From the NCBI GenBank assembly GCA_964016885.1, contig OZ024743.1, positions 240,808,001-240,872,000 on the forward strand: DNA of 64,000 nt, in the 5' to 3' direction. This stretch comes from Eledone cirrhosa (Eukaryota). Below the pieces are notes generated by a model. The model was not told the origin of the DNA. It searched no databases and saw nothing but the letters and a program-made list of their open reading frames with translations. A program made the translations under genes and the position numbers. Positions 54,854-64,000 of this stretch are shown here, one piece after another (positions within the stretch are counted from its first letter, which is position 1; every line of letters begins with the position of its first letter).

Positions 54854-55419
54854 GGTGCCTATACTCTACCAACGTATTGAGTGATTTTTATAACTGTGAT
54901 CACCAATAATTATATATATATACACGAGTGTGTGTAAGTGTAGTGTGTGTATTATATAAACATATACTTATATAGTCATACGCATATATATAACATTTAC
55001 ACATCGTGCTATGCCCCACAATATGGTCGTGTACCCTAAACAATTCTTCTCTCAGACTCTCTTTCTTTAAAACGCCCTTTCTCTCTGTCTAACTTTCAAT
55101 TACCTTCTCTTACTTATATTGCTCTAATTATTCTACTTTCACTTTCACTTTCCATACACACACGGTCAGCTATAAATACACATGCCGGAGGCTGTTTCCC
55201 TATTTCGGTCATATACACATACACACGCATATTTAAATATATATATATATGGCCTCAGCCGGATGGCTGAAACAGGTAAAAGAGTAAAAGAGTAAAAGAG
55301 AGTATGTATAGAAGCGCGAGATGAAATGCAAAGAGAGTTAGCCAGGAAGACAATTGTATGGATATCTAGTAATTTCTTTCTTTCTCTTTCTATCTCTCCT
55401 TCGCTGAATGTTTCTCTCT

Positions 55420-55475
<56 letters not shown>

Positions 55476-55758
55476 GCACACAAGGATGTACATTAACATA
55501 TACATGGCTATATTCCTGTATTCACCGCACACACACACACACACAGTCACACGCATCCGTCTGTTCAGTACCATACACGTACGTTCATTCACAACCATAT
55601 ACACACATACAGATTCAATACCATATACATACCTCCGTTCACTATCATACTCACACATACTTTCATCATCATAAATACACGGTTCCAACATGCATGCACA
55701 CATCATCATAAATGTTTGACTATCTCTCCTATCGACTGATTTATTTAGCCAACGCTTT

Positions 55759-55842
<84 letters not shown>

Positions 55843-55878
55843 TGTATATATACATATATGTATATATACATATATGTA

Positions 55879-55910
<32 letters not shown>

Positions 55911-55931
55911 ATATACCTATATCTATATATG

Positions 55932-56003
<72 letters not shown>

Positions 56004-56036
56004 TATATAATATATCTATATCTATATCTATATATG

Positions 56037-56068
<32 letters not shown>

Positions 56069-56072
56069 ATAT

Positions 56073-56200
<128 letters not shown>

Positions 56201-56274
56201 AAACACACACACACACACAAACACAGACACACACAAACACAGACACACACACAGACACACGCAGACACACACAG

Positions 56275-56336
<62 letters not shown>

Positions 56337-56434
56337 AGGTGGGTGTAACGAAAAAAGGGGAAATCAACGTAAGAGTTAGAGTTAACTCCGCATTACCAAA
56401 AGTTTAAAGAGGAAAACACGTCCATATCATGCAA

Positions 56435-56484
56435 TGCATCTGATGACATAAACGGGTGTGCGTCTTGAAACCGCCGGTAATGCA
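56435..56484 (+). ncRNA. Minimal type I hammerhead motif
   Basis: TGCAT-CTGATGA-(weak stem II)-GAAACCGCCGGTA-ATGCA; stem I 5 bp; quasi-palindromic stem III; between (TA)n tracts. Confidence 0.65.
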
Positions 56485-56509
56485 GAGTTACCTAAAACTT
56501 AATATAAAT

Positions 56510-56560
<51 letters not shown>

Positions 56561-56605
56561 GTGTGAGTCCATATGTATGTATATATATCTATATATATAT
56601 ATGTA

Positions 56606-56659
<54 letters not shown>

Positions 56660-56743
56660 AATATATATATATATTTGTGTGTGAGTGCATCTGTATGTAT
56701 ATATATGTATATATATGTGTATATATGTATATATATGTATGTA

Positions 56744-56854
<111 letters not shown>

Positions 56855-57035
56855 TTATAATATAAAGGTGTGCGTGCGTGTTATAGTTTCATTTGCAACA
56901 TGACACGGTAAAACGTTATGCTGCATTTTATTTACATGGATGCATTCACGCAAATTGACATGAATATAAACATATACACATATACATGCATGCATACATA
57001 TATACACATTCGTAAATATTCTCATATATATATAC

Positions 57036-57066
<31 letters not shown>

Positions 57067-57076
57067 CATATATATT

Positions 57077-57188
<112 letters not shown>

Positions 57189-57315
57189 TATATACATTTA
57201 TATATATATATATATATATATAGAATAGATATATAAACACGTAGATAGATAGATTGATAAATAAATAAACTATGCTATAAATACACATGCCGAATGCTCT
57301 TCCCCTATCTCGGTG

Positions 57316-57349
<34 letters not shown>

Positions 57350-57535
57350 ACACACACAAACACATTTACACATGCACATATGCACATATACACACACATA
57401 CCTATACACGAGCACTTAGAATCGTACTTGTAGAAGCTCTATACCAGGAAATGCATATAAATTCGTGTATTCTTATGTGAGATAGTATGTGCATATGATA
57501 ATGCATACATAGATATATGAATGTGTGCTCCGTAT

Positions 57536-57598
<63 letters not shown>

Positions 57599-58018
57599 CA
57601 TATGTACGCATATATAAGACTAGATGCGTGTGTTGTTATACCCGAATATTGTTATGAAATACACACCTCTCTGTGTACCTGAATAGACATATAATATTAA
57701 GATATGTGTGTGTAAGTCTGTATGCATGTGTGTGTGTGTGTGTATGTATGTGTGTGCGTACCTCTTTATATATATATGTGTGTGTGTAAGTTTATGAATG
57801 TGTGTGAGTCTTAAGTAACCAGGCACAAGTTTAGAAACAGTATATACAATAGAATATAATTCCAGGTATGGTTTCCAAATTTTTGCTCCTCATATAATAT
57901 CACCCCAAAACCTTTATTTCTTTATACATATCGCACCCCCCGACCATCCATGCATTTTTTACTCATATAATTTCATGCAATAGTTTTTTCTTCATTTCCG
58001 AATCGTTATACCTCTCTC

Positions 58019-58080
<62 letters not shown>

Positions 58081-58203
58081 CACACACACACACACATATC
58101 GGTGTGTGTTTAATATATAATTATATATATATATATATATATATATAATTATGTATATATATATATATACATACATATATATATGATTGTGTGTGTGTGT
58201 GTG

Positions 58204-58243
<40 letters not shown>

Positions 58244-58305
58244 CATAACTGCTTACATACAGGGAGAGAGAACATTTTTCATATATATATATATATGTAT
58301 ATATT

Positions 58306-58413
<108 letters not shown>

Positions 58414-58465
58414 CATACATATATATATAATACATATATATACATATATATATATACATATGTAC

Positions 58466-58578
<113 letters not shown>

Positions 58579-59505
58579 TATATTTCGGGTAAGTGGATAT
58601 ATCAAATGTATATATGTATATTATATATACCTACCTTACGTTATTTGGCATTCGCGAGAAAATAGATTTTCTGTAGGTAGAAATTAAAGCCAAGAAATCC
58701 GGCTGGTTTTTGTCCAAGAGATTCACAGAACACACACGGATTGTTAAGGCTGCAAGAGAGAGAAGTAGCAGAACAGGTGCGTTCGTGTAGTAGTATTCCG
58801 TGTGTGTATGCGTGCTTGTGCGTATCTGTGTGTTCGTTTCTCTCTCTCTCAGTCGGTGTGCATGTGTCTATTAGCGTGTATCCTTGTGACTGCGAGTATT
58901 GTTTGTGTGTGAAGTGTGTAAAATTCACTGTCTTAATGTGTCTGTTAGTGTGTATGTGCGTATACGTTTGTATGGGTATATGATGTGACTGTGATGTGTA
59001 AATTGTGTTCGTATATGAAGTGTATAAAATTGCGTGTTATTGTGTGTGTGAGTAGGGGGGGGGAGCTTGTGTACGTGTGTACGTGTGTACGTGTGTGCGT
59101 GTGTGTATAAGTGTGTGTGTCTGTGTGTCTGTGTGTCTGTCTGTAAGTGTGTGTGTGTGTGTTCGCGTGGTCTGTGTGTTATATATCCGTGTAAAGAGTA
59201 CGGTGGATGTGAATGAAGCAAGGTCGCCAAGCTTACAGATATGCGCAATGAGACTGTATAAAGCTTACAAACGAACAAAAGCCAAACCATACACAGGCTT
59301 TTCGTTACTTCAAGCACACGTAATATACGGATCTCCTCGTGAGAAGCATTCGAAATTTTCACGAGAAACCTCCTGCATTTGTAGCAGTCATGCGTGCATA
59401 CACACATGCATATAACACATAAATATAACACACACACGCATCTCTCGCTCTTTCTGCAGGTATGCGTGCACGAGTGTGTACGTGTTTTAGTGTTTATATA
59501 TATAT

Positions 59506-59635
<130 letters not shown>

Positions 59636-59720
59636 CTATGTATCTATCTATCTATCTATTCTGTTCCTTCCTTTTCTCACTCTCTATAGTTCTATTACTT
59701 TATGTATCTATCTATCTATC

Positions 59721-59773
<53 letters not shown>

Positions 59774-60005
59774 AGTTATGTATGCGTGTGTTATGTGTAC
59801 CTGTGTGTGTTTGCTGTTAGTTCCTCTAGACAGCCATGATAAATGTTAGGCACTTAAAAGGGACAGGTCTGGACAGGATTAATATCTCCAGCTCCATTGC
59901 TACTACACACACACACATACACACACACATATATATATGTATATATATGTGTGTGTGTTAAAACCACATTGCATAGATATTTCTTACTCTCAACTCATAC
60001 ACACG

Positions 60006-60081
<76 letters not shown>

Positions 60082-60329
60082 TACACAACACAGACTCTAT
60101 TCTTTCCTGTTTTCTCCACCTGCTTTTTTCTTTCCCTTCATGCTCCATCTTACCCGTTTCCCTTCACTCTTTCTCTTTTATATTTATTAATTCTATTTAA
60201 CCTCTCCACCCTCCACGTATCTCACGCCCTTTCTCTATATCTCATATATACACATACACTATTTATTCCATATTTATTCCATATTTTCGGTCACATGTCT
60301 TCTAACTCTATCTCGAAACTGGAGGTTCA

Positions 60330-60507
60330 TCTGACCGGTGCCTATTTCGGTTTCCCTGCCGTTAAGTGACTGGCAGTAGAACACGTCCTCATGGACAGGA
60401 GGCCAGTCCATCGCAAGATTAAACCCCCAGCTATTGCTGGTTCACATTTACAGCTGAGTATAATGGAGCAACGTAAAATGAAGTGTTTTGCTTAAGAACA
60501 CAACACA
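60330..60507 (-). mobile_element. CORE-type SINE 3' part
   Basis: Matches 48320-48475. Confidence 0.7.
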
Positions 60508-60689
60508 ACCATACATATACACGATGATAGCGTCAAGAATAAGGAAATGTACCGATTGTGTGACACTATTACAATCATTATCACCAGCCCACGAGATGAT
60601 CAGAGCTGGAATGACTTTAATGTCGGTCTCATCGATCAGATCTGATTGATAAGAAAATAACAGCAACGCCACCAACAAAAACCACCGTC

Positions 60690-60935
60690 CTATTTAACGT
60701 CTTCACGTCAACCATTTTCTGGGGATTTAAAAGTAGTCGATCAAATACACTTGGCCTCACTGGCAATTGAGTACCTGCACATGTTACAGACGCTGGCTCT
60801 TCAGATGCTACTATATCCAGCAAATGATATTCCTTAGCCCCAAATTAATGTATGTATCCATAAACCCCTAACTCTTAGTTAGGTGTCATGGACAATTTAA
60901 ACCTGGCGGAGACAATCCCTTCTCCAGTTCTGAAC
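60690..60935 (-). pseudogene. Possible very old LINE RT fragment
   Basis: LLDIVASEE..LLLNPQKMV loosely follows the LLFADDIVL..SEE..L.IN..KT pattern. Confidence 0.3.
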
Positions 60936-61715
60936 ACAGCTGAATTCTTCAAGAGAAGAAAGGGGAAACGTGAAAAGAGAGAGAGAAAGAGAGAGAGGGG
61001 GGGGGGATGCCTGTATAAGCGTGTGTGTTTAATAGAAAGTAAGGGGAAAAAGATATAGAGGAAGAATCAACTCCAGTACTAGTTTGATACTTTCCTTTAT
61101 AGACGTCGAAACGATGAAAGGCAAAGTTGACCTCAGCGGGCTTTGAACTCAGAGCGCATAAAGTTTAAACGAACACCGCAAATCATTCTATTCAACCTTC
61201 TATCGACTCTGATAATTCGACGCCTACCACACATGGATACGCATGCTTAAATAAACATGTTAAGTCGGAACAATCGAAAATATACCGTTGAAAAGTGAAG
61301 TTGTTTAATGTTTCACCATCGATGTCAAATCTTGCTGCTTAAAACATTGACCTTCTTATTGTATACATTACATTTTAATTTAATCCAGTTGGTGCAATTT
61401 CGGTACATAACTTTCTCACTTTTTATACACATTTTTAGTTAATGAACTCAGCTAAACATTTTTTAAGAAAAGAGAGCATTACCAATATACATGAACTCAC
61501 TATCAGACGCCGTGGTACAAGGTTATTACAACGTTGATCTCAATAATTTGTCATAATTGAAATAAAATTTCAGCGATATTTTTATGAATCAATGGCTCAA
61601 CAACGAACATTTCCACTAAATGTAACGGTCAAGCCATAGGAGGCACCAGTAAGATGAAACTGCTCAACTAGGAATCGAATTTAAATTGCTAAATTGTATA
61701 TAACATAGATAACAC

Positions 61716-61783
<68 letters not shown>

Positions 61784-61917
61784 TTCTTTCTTTTTCTCTC
61801 TCTTTCTCGCTGCCTCTCTCTCGCTCGATTTCTATATAAAACAAAGATAACTAAAAGAAAAACAACAGTTTTTAGAATTGTTTGATGTGATACTACTGTT
61901 ATGTTTTCATTACATTT

Positions 61918-62040
61918 CCATATATGGATTGCATCCCTTGATAAGTTCAGTTAGATTACTACCGCCCTAACACTACTGGTTTAGTTCAGGTCTAGCTGTC
62001 GAAACGGTCAGAGCTCAGCCTTCGGAGTCCTGAGCTTTCC

Positions 62041-62042
<2 letters not shown>
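61918..62042 (+). ncRNA. Diverged Naiad-family pLTR with a U3/A8 hammerhead core
   Basis: CCATATATGG..ATCCC-TTGATAA-G, stem II CAGTTAGA/TCTAGCTG, GAAACGG..GAGCTCAGCC; aligns with 781-902; followed by (TA)n. Confidence 0.6.
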
Positions 62043-62119
<77 letters not shown>

Positions 62120-62388
62120 AAAAATGAAACAGTTCTAGTCCTGTAGAAGCCATGTCTATATATATATAGAGAGAGAGGCGGGGGGTAAAAGTAAAAAAGT
62201 AAACAACACAGAGGAAAGATACACTGCAATGAAGAAATATATTATTTTAACGCTTGATATATTGTAGGGAAAGAGGCTTAACATTTCGAACGTTAGTCCT
62301 TCATCAGAAAATGGAATGAGATATAGAAGAAAATGAACAGTAGACGAGAGGAAGAAGAGAAAGAAAGGGTCAGTCATTTTTGGGAAGG

Positions 62389-62453
<65 letters not shown>

Positions 62454-62678
62454 CATCTTTGTTTTATATAGAAATGATATCTACAGGGATAGTAATGTGT
62501 AAATAAAGATGCTTATACTCAACTAACGTATTGATTACCTTTCTTAACTGTGGTCACCTCCCGATACCCATCTGGAATCCACCCATAACTTATATATATA
62601 TATATATATATATACAGAGAGAGAGGGAAGGGGGAGAGAGAAGGAGAGAGAGGGAGAGAAGGAGAGAGAGAGAGAGTG

Positions 62679-62743
<65 letters not shown>

Positions 62744-62805
62744 CGGCTTTTTAATTTGGCTGCTGACACAAAGGCAAAAATTGTATTCTTGTATGTATGT
62801 GTATA

Positions 62806-63560
62806 ATAATTGTTTCTACTTTTTGGCACAAGGCCAGCAATTATCCCAGTGTATTACTGGTACTTTGTTTTATCGACCCCGTATGGTTGAAAGGCAAAGT
62901 TAACCTCGGCGGGATTTGAACTCAGTATGTATGTGTATAATAATGCCTATGCAACTATCAGTAACGGTTATGCCCAAAGGAAAAATATATTTCTGCGTTC
63001 GTTATATTTCATTGCCTTCTTTTTCTAATAATGTTGCACCTTTTAGAGGCATAGGGCTTTAGTAAATACTCCCCCGTCACGCCGATCTTAAACCATCTAT
63101 TTTATGTCATCTGAACATCCGTCTTTCCATTCCATATTTCTTCTGCATGTATTCTTTATATTACTCACTTTCCTCTACTGTCATCTGCTAGTGAACTAGA
63201 CACATTCAAAACAAGGCTTCCATCTCGTCTATAGGTGTATCCCTACCATCTGTATCGTGATATTGATAGAAAGTCATCAACTGTTGGCACATTTTCCATC
63301 TCTTTCAATCTTTTGTTGGTCACATGATCTTGCTACATGATTTCTAATGCGTTACCTAATGTTTTATGTTCAGATGTAGTGGCAAAATGACAAGAGAAAT
63401 GTCTATAATGAAAAGCAAACATCAAAATAAATAGCTAAATATAATTGTTTCTACGTTTGGCACAAGGCCAGCAATTACCCAGTGCATTACTGGTACTTTA
63501 TTTTATCGACCCCGTAAGGATGAAAGGCAAAGTTAACCTCGGCGGAATTTGAACTCAGAA
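62806..63560 (-). mobile_element. Two 5'-truncated SINE copies (62806-62925, 63441-63560)
   Basis: Reverse complement of tail + central domain; short flanking duplications GTATGTATGTGTATAATAAT and AAATAGCTAAATATAAT. Confidence 0.85.
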
Positions 63561-64000
63561 TGGCTAAATAGCTAAATATAATGTAGAATAGTTTGTGTTG
63601 TGATATTAAACAATTCAAAAGAATCACACACACGTACACACGCATACATACAAAACGTATATATATGAAAATATTTAATTATTGCTAGCATAAACTCTGT
63701 TTCTGAAAACTGAAAGTATGACATGCTTCAACAGCTAGATCATTTAAATAGATAGCAGAATGAGAGAAAACTGCCTGACATATACTAGGTAGCTTTAGAT
63801 AGACCGAAAATTTGTACAAAATTGCTTTTCTCTATCTTAAAACAAAAATATCTAAAGGCAACTAAAATCTCTAGGATTCAAATGATACAAAGATTTTGAT
63901 ATATACGTGCTGGACATAATTCAGTCAAACTTTCTTATTCTCAACCATAAAATTACAAACAGCGGGTGAGCATATGCAACGCTACATCATTAAAATTGGT

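Noticed and set aside
58700-58790. Possible exon ending CAG|GTGCGT
   Set aside because: No supportable acceptor, reading frame or homology.

Overview
AT-rich, microsatellite-saturated animal DNA with no recognisable host exon. The SINE and repeat content suggests a coleoid cephalopod (Octopus-like); this is an inference. Main elements: (i) a 5'-truncated, frameshifted Naiad-type Penelope-like element (PLE; RT + GIY-YIG) with three copies of its terminal repeat (594-4967); (ii) an older decayed PLE (5680-7380); (iii) an R4/Dong-like LINE 3' end in (TAA)n; (iv) a near full-length, frameshifted L1/Tx1-like LINE in (TATC)n, with related 3' ends and an ORF1-only derivative; (v) a deleted mariner; (vi) over 20 copies of a tRNA-derived SINE; (vii) minisatellites. 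The least obvious signal is a dense set of hammerhead-ribozyme (HHR) motifs from several unrelated PLE-like repeat families. Many form fold-back hairpins beside (TA)n, with inversion points in or next to the CUGANGA core. One HHR family carries a conserved G8A core variant. All calls are by eye; no searches or folding programs were run, and boundaries are approximate.
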